Source: Macrostomum lignano (taxonomy: Eukaryota). From it: a DNA stretch of 64,000 nucleotides. Position numbers and translations under genes: made by a program. The DNA is taken from positions 310,001 through 374,000 of the forward strand of contig NIVC01000530.1 in assembly GCA_002269645.1 (NCBI GenBank), written 5' to 3'. Positions 1 through 11,862 of this stretch are shown here, piece by piece. The first letter of the stretch is position 1, and each line of letters starts with the position of its first letter. The notes below the pieces were generated by a model. The model was not told the origin of the DNA, did no database searches, and worked only from the letters and a program-made list of their open reading frames with translations.

Positions 1-3000
1 CCAGCTGGGAGGCCTTCAACAGCAGCAGCCGCTGGAGGCAGGTCAAACCTTGCGAAGCGGTAATGCAGGTGCAGCAAATGTTTGATTTTATTGCCGCCTC
101 AAGCCAATCACGTTTCACTCCAGGTTCTGACAACGTTCATCTGGCTACTCAGCGAGAGTTCGCTTGCTTGGCAGGCCATAACCATCTCAGGAAAGTTCGC
201 TTATTTCAATTTTTTATTTCATTCACACTGCTATCTATTGGCAATAAATATTTTCAGGCTGCGATGCCATGATGCGCATCAGCATGAAACTGTCCAGTAA
301 CCTGCTCTTCCATCGGCTCGGCCTCTTCGTCAGCGAAGAAGTTCAACAGTCGAGTTCTCCGTTCAACTTCTTTGTAGACAGCTGCAGCTTCGGCAAGGCG
401 GCCTGCTGGCTGTCCGATTCTTCTGGCAGAGATGTCAACGCAACGCTGGTGAGCCGCCATCAAGGACCTTGGTTTTAAAGCATGTATTCGATTGTGCATT
501 CAGTAGGCTGAGGAAGTTCTCAACTGGCTTCAGGTTGGCTCGTCTCGAGCTGATGAAAGTGGGATTCCGACTCACAAGCTCGAGTTTGGAACTCTTCCTG
601 ATGATCACGGAAAGCTGCTGCAGTGCGGCTTGAGCACTTCTCATGGCGCTGTTCTGCTTGAGAAGCTTCTGTTGTGGGAAGGTGCTCTTCTTTTGCTTTT
701 CTAAACTTACCAGCAGTTAGAATTGCGGATCGTAGCTCGTATTGCTACTGAAGTTTAGGGACAGACTCAGATGTACCCTTGACAGCCTAGTTATTTTAAC
801 TCTATGTTAGATATAATTATTTTTAGTTCCAGTCAAAGCTCTGCACGTCTCAGCTTTGCCAGTCCTGGTTGCTGGGCAGCTGGCAAAGCTCAGCGTGTTC
901 TCAGACTCCCTGCCTGAGGCTCAGCACCGCTGCTTCATCCAGAGGCCGGGGTCGCAGCGAAGAAGAAACCTCACTGTTCTCAGCACTGTAACTTCCTATC
1001 GAATTCGAATGCATTGCGTACGCATTTCCAGGAAATGAACTTTGATTATTGATTTTCAATTTCAGAGCCAGTCAAAAAAAATCGACAACAAGAACAGAAC
1101 ACTCGTCAGAGTGCGCTCAGAGTTCGGCTTTAATGTATCGATGGCTGATAGAAATGCCGACATCGTGTGCAAAGGAACTGCTGGATCAGAAAGGAAGGAA
1201 ACTGCTTGGAATGGAATAATTTCAGAAATCAGTGGTATGCACATCATAACTCTTGGAGAAAATATGATAATGGCGCAAAGAAGAATAAAAAAATTAACAG
1301 GATTTTTTTGTTTATTCGCTGACATTCTTGAGAACCTGGCATACTCCGTGTGGTCCTCATTGGCTCCTAAAGTCCTCTTGACCACCCTGACAAGTCTGAA
1401 AAAAAGTATGTATCATCAGTCTATGCTTCATCTTTCAGAGCCCTGCGAGACAGTCGTGGACTTGGGACCGGAGAAATTCTGGTTGGCGGGGCAGACCAAG
1501 CTGGTTCAGGTGATCTCTAAGCGCTGCAGCATCTGGAATGTGAGCCACAGCTGCTGGCTGAAACTGAATGGCGACTCCCCACCGCTTCAGAAAGTGCAAG
1601 TGAGTGAAAATCACTATTGTTAAATTCTTAATCAACAAACTTCATTCGGGTCTAGAATATGTCAGCTCTGTCTTCATCTGTGCACCAAATTCGAATACAG
1701 CAGGGTGAGTTCAACAGCACCCACGAGCTTCGAGAAGTCGAGGCGATGGCCCGTCAGAATTGGCAGGTTTTGTGCAGCGTCAATCAGTCTGGAGTTGAGT
1801 ATAATGACTCAGAAAGCAGTCTGAGCAGTGCACCAGCTGTCTTTAGTGAGTCATTTTAGCCGCTTTGAGTCTGAGTATGGAATTTGATGTTACTACTATA
1901 CGTGCAGTTTTCCGGGCGTTTTGGAGGTGGGGTGGGTGTCAACCCTCCTCGCCTCTCATTGGCTGGCGACCCGATCACTAGGTGATCGATACGCGTATCG
2001 ATATCGGCGCTCGGCGCGCGCGCGCCGCAGGCGCGTGGCGCCAAGCGCCGCAGGCGCACCCTCCCGATATGTACCCCGATATGTATGCCCTCCCTCCCGA
2101 TATGTATGCCCTCCCGAGTCGCAGGCGCCCATGCAGCAGGCGCCCCCCCCCCTCCCCGCCGCACGCGCCCTCCCCCGACATGTATGCCGCAGGCGCCCTC
2201 CCCGCCTCAGGCGCCCCTCCCGATATGTATGCGCACTCTCCCTATATGTACACCGATATGTATGCAGCAGGCGCCCCGAGTGTACACTCTCCCGATATGT
2301 GTGTACACCGATATGTAGTCATCGATACGGGCCTCTTCCCCTCTCTCACCTACATCTCAACTAGCGAAATCGAACCCAGGTCGCGCCCATACTAGGACAC
2401 TACACGGTTGTGGGGTATAGGGAGCGAGAAGTTTCAACCCTAACGCTGACGCAGCCCTGTACAGTGAGAGTGTACGGGCAGAGAGGGGTGGGGCGGACAG
2501 AGAACCAGCCACTAGGTTGTTATACTGTTGAAGCATAGGGAGCGAGAAGTTTTAACCCCGATGCTGACGCAGCCCTGTACACTGAGCGTGTACGGGCAGA
2601 GGGTGGGTGGAAAGAGATGTGAATAACACAGCCTGCTGCAGGAGCCGGATAGAGAGGCGCATGCTAGGACAGAGAGGTAGTGTGAGTCACACACACCCCA
2701 CAGAGAAAGCCATACAGAGGATAGAGAGCTCCCTCCCCAGTTGCAGGGGACAGAGAGGCAGGCAGGGTATGCAGGGGCATGCGAACCGTCAAGGGGCCAC
2801 GCGAGGATAGAGTGGAGGAGCAGAGATGTGTTTGGACAGAGAGCCAGCCACGTGTGCGTAGTGTGAGGGAACAGAAACATATGGAGCAGGAGGGAGATAG
2901 GAAGCAAACGCGCAGGGTAAGGGAGCCACACAGGGCGGTACAGTGAGACACGGGCAGGGGTGGAGCCGTGCGTGGACAGAGCTGAACGGCACGGTCAGCT

Positions 3001-6000
3001 GCAGGAATAGGATGATAGAGAGGCGCGGAGGGGGACAGAGAGCAGTGTGCAGGGGTAGGCAGCCACGCAGGCTGGGGAACAGAGAGGCGCGTGTCAGCCA
3101 GTTGCAGCCCGGGACAGAGAAGTATGAAGGGGGGCCTGGGACAGAGTTCCGAGCAAGGCACAGAGGTAGGGTCCTGTAGCTATGTATAGGCAGGGAGCCA
3201 CGCGAGGGCAGGACAGGGGAGCAGACATGCAAGTTGCATGCAAGGCCAGAGAGGTGTGCGCGGAGGGAGACAGAGAGCAGTGTGTAGGGGTAGGTAACAG
3301 CAAACTTTAGTAGCGGCGCGTGCGGGGACGGAGAAACCAGTCAGAGCATACAGAGACGTTACAGAGAGGTACACAAGCAGAGACCAAAGCGAGCAGAGCA
3401 CATGTGTAGGGACAGAGACGTGAGGGAGAATCGACCAAAACACGCTATGTATTTTCAAAAGTTGGTTTTAGTGCAACATGTTTAATAGCGGGTAGTATAA
3501 TAGTATGTACATAGTAGGTATAATAGTAGTAATAATAGTAAGCATATTAGCCCAAAAGGTAGACTAAAACAGGCTAAACTGTGTGTACGCATCCTCATCA
3601 CCCCACAAGCCCCCTCTCCCGCCAGACTCACTCTACCAAACCCTCCTGTATTGCTGCATGAAGGAAAATATAGTGTAAAAATACAGATCTTAACCGTCAG
3701 ACCGCTGAAATCAGGGCACACTAGAGGGGGTTTCGGGGTCTGCATGCTCTATGTAAGCTGCTTGAGGAGGTTCCAAGGGCGTTGTGAGGGTTTCCATTAT
3801 GTTTTGAAAAAAAACTAGGGCTTAAATACAACGTTTTATTCAAAAGTAGGTTATTTTAATGAAATAGCTGACACAATCATTGTCGAGAGTAGAAATTTTT
3901 ATAAGAAACCAGGCATTTTAGCAAAAATAAACCTTCAAACCACATAAAATTGAATAAAAAGCAGACATTTTCAATTATAAACCGCAAGTATTTTAATAGA
4001 AAAGTAAGCAAACAAGGCACAAAACCAGCAAATTTTACCTTTTTATTTTAATGTTACTGATAAGGTAGAGAGTAGAAACTTGTGAGCTGTACGGAGTTAG
4101 AAAGTATTAACCATTATGTATCGTATGAATTATTAGTTCAGTACCAGCCATTGGTCAAGCGAGCATTTATGAAGTTATTACGAGTGATGAAGGGATAGAG
4201 AGCTATATACAGGAAGACAGTATCCTTCTAAACCACCACGAACAGATTGCTAATAGAGATAAGCTTTGTCTGTGTGCAGTATGAGTAAGCGAAGGCGGGG
4301 CAAATACTTTTCCACATGCCGGACAGAACAGTATTGTGCTAGGATTTCTCTCGAAATCGCGGTACGTTACTAGTTTTTATCACACCATCCAGATGCGTCA
4401 ACTAGTCAGCAGTAGTCATTTATATGTTATTAGAACTTACAAACCCAGGTCAAGTAAATATTACAAAGAGTATATTACGTACACACGCAACTCCGAATAC
4501 CAAGCCATACTAGTCTACTTGCAGTGCTCCTGGAGGGAAGGGACGGCGGGGTGTACATCCGGCAGGGTGGGCGTCCAGCGAGTGTACATCTGACAGGATG
4601 GGTGTTCAGCAAGTGTACATCTGACAGGGTGGGCGTTCAGCAAGTGTACCTTCAGCGTCGAGTAGGTGTACACCCGTCAGTGGGAACTCAGCCCCTCCCA
4701 CCAATGTCGTGTGCATGCGGTTAGTCAGTATAGTGGTGGGGTAGACGGTGCAGGAAGGAAACCCAGATGCTGACGCTGCCCTGTACAGCGAGCAACCAGC
4801 CCTCCTGTAGCAGGAGGGGGACAGAGAGTGCGTGGAGGCAGTAGGAGATAGAGGACGCTACCCGGCATGTCGCAGCACGCGGCGCGGGACAGAGAGGCAG
4901 TGTGTAAGTCACCCCCAGGGAGAGCTGCCCTGGCAGGAGGCGCGGGACAGAGAGGCGGTGAATCACACCCCACGGAGAGAGCCGTACAGCGAGCTTCCCC
5001 ACCCGAGTCCGGTAAATATTACAGAGTATTACGTGCACACGCCAGCCCTGAATACCAAGCCATACTAGTCTACCTGCAGTGCTCCCAGAGGGAAGGGATG
5101 GTCAGGAGTTACACACCAAGAATGCATTCATACAAAGAGTACACAACTCGAGCCCAGACACCAAGTCACAGTCTACTTACAGTAGAGATGGTAGATTAAT
5201 AGCAAGATTATATTACAATTAGACCTCCCTAGCACATGAGGAGTGAAATTCAATAATAATTGAATTCAATAATAATACAACATTTAGACGTAGTAATTTA
5301 ATTACAAAATACCACTAACACTGAGCCAACGAATTGTAGGTTACAAAGGAGTTGCCACTCATATGGAAAGCCAGTATAATGCAGGTGTATATTATTAAAA
5401 CATAGACAAAAACGATGCAGACGTATATACACACTATTGATTTTGTACATGTACATTTCGGCATATTACCACACATCGCAGGCACATATTATATATCGGG
5501 GGATAGGTTAAAATACACACATCGTAGATGTAGAAGCAGACACAATGCAGGAAAATTATGATACGAGTGTACATATTAGTGCGTAAAAGTATCATATTAT
5601 GACACCCTGTAGCACATATTGACATAATGCAGGGGAAAATATTGACAGAAATAGTACACAATTGTAGAGGTAACAACCCGCCAACTAGTAAGGACATCCA
5701 GCACTTGTTCAGGTTTTTATTATTTCGAGACGAGTGTCATGCCCCCGCAAGAGATCTTATCAGAAATTTGTTGAACTCCACTGCAACTCTCCCCAGAGCC
5801 TCCAAATGTGAGTTTTTAACCCAGGGTCGAGTACAAAGGACCCGCCCACTCTTAACCCCAAGGGGTGATCGTAGCGGAGACCAAGTACAGTGCGGACGGA
5901 GAGGGGTAACAGAAAGCGCTGCATCAGACCGCAGGGCTGCATTCCTCCCCCGAGGTAGGCGCGTCAGCTCCCACTCCTCATTTAACCATCAAGTAAACTA

Positions 6001-9000
6001 AAGAAGTCAAGCAGAAAGCCTTACAATCACCCGCAACCAGCACAAGTAAGAGTACTTTCCACTAGAGAGCCATAGTGCAAGATTCGCGAGCCAAGTTGAA
6101 GAAGCACACCAAATTACACTAAAGACATATGTATTAAAAAGCATACCGGCACCTCTACAAAAACACAGTATGTACCGATTAAAGTTGCTTTTGGTGCAGT
6201 GTATTTAATAAAAAGCAGGTACCTAACACAAAAGTAGGCATCAATGCAGTGCACGGGCTAAACTGTATTTACAAACGCAGGGCAACGAACTACACACAAT
6301 GTAGCGCATAGACATAATTGTACGCATAAATGTACGCAATTTCCGGTATATAGGACCAAATGTACACAATGTACACAAACACACACACACACACACACTC
6401 AGGCGTATTCACAGCAAGAGCTTCCTGACGATGGCGCCATAAATGTACGCAATTTCCGGTATATAGGACCAAATGTACACAATGTACACAAACACACACA
6501 CACACACACACTCAGGCGCATCCTGCAGCGCATCCTGCAGCACCGATCGCCGCAGGCGATGGCGCCATCGTCAGGAAGCTCTTGCTGTGAATACGCCTGA
6601 GTGTGTGTGTGTGTGTGTGTTTGTGTACATTGTGTACATTTGGTCCTATATACCGGAAATTGCGTACATTTATGCGTACAATTATGTCTATGCGCTACAT
6701 TGTGTGTAGTTCGTTGCCCTGCGTTTGTAAATACAGTTTAGCCCGTGCACTGCATTGATGCCTACTTTTGTGTTAGGTACCTGCTTTTTATTAAATACAC
6801 TGCACCAAAAGCAACTTTAATCGGTACATACTGTGTTTTTGTAGAGGTGCCGGTATGCTTTTTAATACATATGTCTTTAGTGTAATTTGGTGTGCTTCTT
6901 CAACTTGGCTCGCGAATCTTGCACTATGGCTCTCTAGTGGAAAGTACTCTTACTTGTGCTGGTTGCGGGTGATTGTAAGGCTTTCTGCTTGACTTCTTTA
7001 GTTTACTTGATGGTTAAATGAGGAGTGGGAGCTGACGCGCCTACCTCGGGGAGGAATGCAGCCCTGCGGTCTGATGCAGCGCTTTCTGTTACCCCTCTCC
7101 GTCCGCACTGTACTTGGTCTCCGCTACGATCACCCCTTGGGGTTAAGAGTGGGCGGGTCCTTTGTACTCGACCCTGGGTTAAAAACTCACATTTGGAGGC
7201 TCTGGGGAGAGTTGCAGTGGAGTTCAACAAATTTCTGATAAGATCTCTTGCGGGGGCATGACACTCGTCTCGAAATAATAAAAACCTGAACAAGTGCTGG
7301 ATGTCCTTACTAGTTGGCGGGTTGTTACCTCTACAATTGTGTACTATTTCTGTCAATATTTTCCCCTGCATTATGTCAATATGTGCTACAGGGTGTCATA
7401 ATATGATACTTTTACGCACTAATATGTACACTCGTATCATAATTTTCCTGCATTGTGTCTGCTTCTACATCTACGATGTGTGTATTTTAACCTATCCCCC
7501 GATATATAATATGTGCCTGCGATGTGTGGTAATATGCCGAAATGTACATGTACAAAATCAATAGTGTGTATATACGTCTGCATCGTTTTTGTCTATGTTT
7601 TAATAATATACACCTGCATTATACTGGCTTTCCATATGAGTGGCAACTCCTTTGTAACCTACAATTCGTTGGCTCAGTGTTAGTGGTATTTTGTAATTAA
7701 ATTACTACGTCTAAATGTTGTATTATTATTGAATTCAATTATTATTGAATTTCACTCCTCATGTGCTAGGGAGGTCTAATTGTAATATAATCTTGCTATT
7801 AATCTACCATCTCTACTGTAAGTAGACTGTGACTTGGTGTCTGGGCTCGAGTTGTGTACTCTTTGTATGAATGCATTCTTGGTGTGTAACTCCTGACCAT
7901 CCCTTCCCTCTGGGAGCACTGCAGGTAGACTAGTATGGCTTGGTATTCAGGGCTGGCGTGTGCACGTAATACTCTGTAATATTTACCGGACTCGGGTGGG
8001 GAAGCTCGCTGTACGGCTCTCTCCGTGGGGTGTGATTCACCGCCTCTCTGTCCCGCGCCTCCTGCCAGGGCAGCTCTCCCTGTGGGGGTGACTTACACAC
8101 TGCCTCTCTGTCCCGCGCCGCGTGCTGCGACATGCCGGGTAGCGTCCTCTATCTCCTACTGCCTCCACGCACTCTCTGTCCCCCTCCTGCTACAGGAGGG
8201 CTGGTTGCTCGCTGTACAGGGCAGCGTCAGCATCTGGGTTTCCTTCCTGCACCGTCTACCCCACCACTATACTGACTAACCGCATGCACACGACATTGGT
8301 GGGAGGGGCTGAGTTCCCACTGACGGGTGTACACCTACTCGACGCTGAAGGTACACTTGCTGAACGCCCACCCTGTCAGATGTACACTTGCTGAACACCC
8401 ATCCTGTCAGATGTACACTCGCTGGACGCCCACCCTGCCGGATGTACACCCCGCCGTCCCTTCCCTCCAGGAGCACTGCAAGTAGACTAGTATGGCTTGG
8501 TATTCGGAGTTAGCGTGTGTACGTAATATACTCTTTGTAATATTTACTTGACCTGGGTTTGTAAGTTCTAATAACATATAAATGACTACTGCTGACTAGT
8601 TGACGCATCTGGATGGTGTGATAAAAACTAGTAACGTACCGCGATTTCGAGAGAAATCCTAGCACAATACTGTTCTGTCCGGCATGTGGAAAAGTATTTG
8701 CCCCGCCTTCGCTTACTCATACTGCACACAGACAAAGCTTATCTCTATTAGCAATCTGTTCGTGGTGGTTTAGAAGGATACTGTCTTCCTGTATATAGCT
8801 CTCTATCCCTTCATCACTCGTAATAATTTCATAAATGCTCGCTTGACCAATGGCTGGTACTGAACTAATAATTCATACGATACATAATGGTTAATACTTT
8901 CTAACTCCGTACAGCTCACAAGTTTCTACTCTCTACCTTATCAGTAACATTAAAATAAAAAGGTAAAATTTGCTGGTTTTGTGCCTTGTTTGCTTACTTT

Positions 9001-11862
9001 TCTATTAAAATACTTGCGGTTTATAATTGAAAATGTCTGCTTTTTATTCAATTTTATGTGGTTTGAAGGTTTATTTTTGCTAAAATGCCTGGTTTCTTAT
9101 AAAAATTTCTACTCTCGACAATGATTGTGTCAGCTATTTCATTAAAATAACCTACTTTTGAATAAAACGTTGTATTTAAGCCCCTAGTTTTTTTTCAAAA
9201 CATAATGGAAACCCTCACAACGCCCTTGGAACCTCCTCAAGCAGCTTACATAGAGCATGCAGACCCCGAAACCCCCTCTAGTGTGCCCTGATTTCAGCGG
9301 TCTGACGGTTAAGATCTGTATTTTTACACTATATTTTCCTTCATGCAGCAATACAGGAGGGTTTGGTAGAGTGAGTCTGGCGGGAGAGGGGGCTTGTGGG
9401 GTGATGAGGATGCGTACACACAGTTTAGCCTGTTTTAGTCTACCTTTTGGGCTAATATGCTTACTATTATTACTACTATTATACCTACTATGTACATACT
9501 ATTATACTACCCGCTATTAAACATGTTGCACTAAAACCAACTTTTGAAAATACATAGCGTGTTTTGGTCGATTCTCCCTCACGTCTCTGTCCCTACACAT
9601 GTGCTCTGCTCGCTTTGGTCTCTGCTTGTGTACCTCTCTGTAACGTCTCTGTATGCTCTGACTGGTTTCTCCGTCCCCGCACGCGCCGCTACTAAAGTTT
9701 GCTGTTACCTACCCCTACACACTGCTCTCTGTCTCCCTCCGCGCACACCTCTCTGGCCTTGCATGCAACTTGCATGTCTGCTCCCCTGTCCTGCCCTCGC
9801 GTGGCTCCCTGCCTATACATAGCTACAGGACCCTACCTCTGTGCCTTGCTCGGAACTCTGTCCCAGGCCCCCCTTCATACTTCTCTGTCCCGGGCTGCAA
9901 CTGGCTGACACGCGCCTCTCTGTTCCCCAGCCTGCGTGGCTGCCTACCCCTGCACACTGCTCTCTGTCCCCCTCCGCGCCTCTCTATCATCCTATTCCTG
10001 CAGCTGACCGTGCCGTTCAGCTCTGTCCACGCACGGCTCCACCCCTGCCCGTGTCTCACTGTACCGCCCTGTGTGGCTCCCTTACCCTGCGCGTTTGCTT
10101 CCTATCTCCCTCCTGCTCCATATGTTTCTGTTCCCTCACACTACGCACACGTGGCTGGCTCTCTGTCCAAACACATCTCTGCTCCTCCACTCTATCCTCG
10201 CGTGGCCCCTTGACGGTTCGCATGCCCCTGCATACCCTGCCTGCCTCTCTGTCCCCTGCAACTGGGGAGGGAGCTCTCTATCCTCTGTATGGCTTTCTCT
10301 GTGGGGTGTGTGTGACTCACACTACCTCTCTGTCCTAGCATGCGCCTCTCTATCCGGCTCCTGCAGCAGGCTGTGTTATTCACATCTCTTTCCACCCACC
10401 CTCTGCCCGTACACGCTCAGTGTACAGGGCTGCGTCAGCATCGGGGTTAAAACTTCTCGCTCCCTATGCTTCAACAGTATAACAACCTAGTGGCTGGTTC
10501 TCTGTCCGCCCCACCCCTCTCTGCCCGTACACTCTCACTGTACAGGGCTGCGTCAGCGTTAGGGTTGAAACTTCTCGCTCCCTATACCCCACAACCGTGT
10601 AGTGTCCTAGTATGGGCGCGACCTGGGTTCGATTTCGCTAGTTGAGATGTAGGTGAGAGAGGGGAAGAGGCCCGTATCGATGACTACATATCGGTGTACA
10701 CACATATCGGGAGAGTGTACACTCGGGGCGCCTGCTGCATACATATCGGTGTACATATAGGGAGAGTGCGCATACATATCGGGAGGGGCGCCTGAGGCGG
10801 GGAGGGCGCCTGCGGCATACATGTCGGGGAGGGCGCGTGCGGCGGGGAGGGGGGGCGCCTGCTGCATGGGCGCCTGCGACTCGGGAGGGCATACATATCG
10901 GGAGGGAGGGCATACATATCGGGGTACATATCGGGAGGGTGCGCCTGCGGCGCTTGGCGCCACGCGCCTGCGGCGCGCGCGCGCCGAGCGCCGATATCGA
11001 TACGCGTATCGATCACCTAGTGATCGGGTCGCCAGCCAATGAGAGGCGAGGAGGGTTGACACCCACCCCACCTCCAAAACGCCCGGAAAACTGCACGTAT
11101 AGTAGTGATGTTGCTACTCAATTAAATTGAAAGAAAATCAAAAGCCGAATCTTTCTTGCCATTGAAAAAACGTCAAGGCGAAGCCAGCAAGTCAACGCTT
11201 GAACTCACGTTATCCTACGTCGGTAACAGCCAGTCTGAAGTGAGCGTGCTTGTAGTTGATCAAAATAAAAACCAAAACCCACTACTTCCGGTCTACAGCA
11301 TCAACTGCTCAGTTGCGGGAGATGAGGCATCGACAGAGCTGAGCAATATCAGAAAGACTGAGTGGCGTGGCTTACTGAAACTGAGATGGAACCGCTCATC
11401 TGTGAACGTCTGCTGCTCCAGTTACCAAACCTACACTGCATTGACTGTCTTTAAGTATCTGCAGTGCGAATCTTTAAACCAACAGCCCGTCGGTAAAGAT
11501 GGTGAGCATTATTTATTGCATTCTTCACCCAAATTTGTAGGAAAGTGGGATCGAATTGCAGTCTTCACTTTAATTTTCTAGAAATCTAAATTCACTTTAA
11601 AAGTCATTGAACTTGAACTTAAACCAGTTTGAAATTTTGAGGGTGGGTTGCAGATGTTCGAGTTTCCGCTCTGCTAGCAGCGGGCCTCACGCTAGCATTT
11701 CTGGTTGCTATCTGCCTCAGCATCTGGGCTTTCGCGGCAACAGCTACAGTCGTGTCATGTGACCGGAAGAACGAGGAATCGTTCGAAACCGTATCAGATT
11801 GTGTCCCAGCGAGCGCTGCTGACGGAGGAACAAGTGAAGCAAGCGATGGCTCTAGTCTACAG
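1..11862 (+). CDS. Multi-exon gene (5' end outside window) for a type I membrane protein with several Ig-like (CD80/nephrin-type C2-set-like) domains; 3' end after the TM exon unresolved
   Basis: Open exons with splice signals, e.g. 258-448, ~504-681 (LEFGTLPDDHGKLLQC), ~829-1017, ~1066-1239 (SEFGFNVSMADRNADIVC), ~1439-1598, ~1682-1845, ~11178-11491 and 11654-11862 (hydrophobic VSALLAAGLTLAFLVAICLSIWAFAA). The D-x-G/N-x-x-hydrophobic-x-C strand-F pattern is typical of C2-set Ig domains. The segment 714-780 could not be fitted in frame. Confidence 0.7.
1971..2330. repeat. Subterminal GC-rich repeat block (CCCGAYATGTATG and GCAGGCGC motifs plus short palindromes); mirrored at ~10670-11030
   Basis: About 8-10 copies of CCGAYATGTRY interleaved with (C/G)CAGGCGC. 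Hairpin CGATCAC-TAG-GTGATCG and palindrome ATCGATACGCGTATCGAT near 1972-2002. Confidence 0.85.
2450..3430. repeat. Purine-rich degenerate repeat region (GGGACAGAGAG motif) in the palindrome arm; mirrored at ~9570-10550
   Basis: Many (G)GACAGAG copies. Near-duplicated ~130-bp block at 2416-2500 and 2536-2610. Confidence 0.7.
6325..6674. repeat. Palindrome centre: 81-bp direct duplication, (CA)n tracts and nested mini-hairpins
   Basis: 6325-6405 is repeated at 6438-6518, and both are complementary to 6594-6674. GCGCATCCTGCA occurs twice. ATCGCC-GCA-GGCGAT hairpin. Perfect palindrome CGATGGCGCCATCG at 6557-6570. Confidence 0.9.

Larger units (their letters stand above)
1892..11106. mobile_element. 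Giant palindromic (foldback) non-autonomous DNA element with 6-bp TSD
   Basis: 1892-6440 is the reverse complement of 6559-11106, and the ORF track is mirrored. Ends are ACTACTATACGTGCAG...CTGCACGTATAGTAGT. GATGTT flanks both sides (1886-1891, 11107-11112). Host exons continue on the same strand on both sides. Confidence 0.9.

Noticed and set aside
1892-11106. Palindrome as a pure long-read foldback artefact
   Set aside because: Not favoured: the flanks are non-inverted, colinear exons of one gene, a TSD is present and the centre is structured non-adapter sequence. It is not fully excluded without raw reads.
1891-11110. Classification as a CACTA/EnSpm element (right end plus one base reads CACTAC)
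   Set aside because: The left end would be TACTAC and no 2-3 bp TSD fits those boundaries, whereas a perfect TIR with an exact 6-bp TSD fits one base inward.
1856-11130. The many 60-165 aa ORFs in the palindrome arms, including 5627-6001 and its mirror
   Set aside because: They derive from repeats or low-complexity sequence and show no recognisable transposase, integrase, polymerase or capsid motif. A profile search of 5627-6001 would be needed to rescue it.
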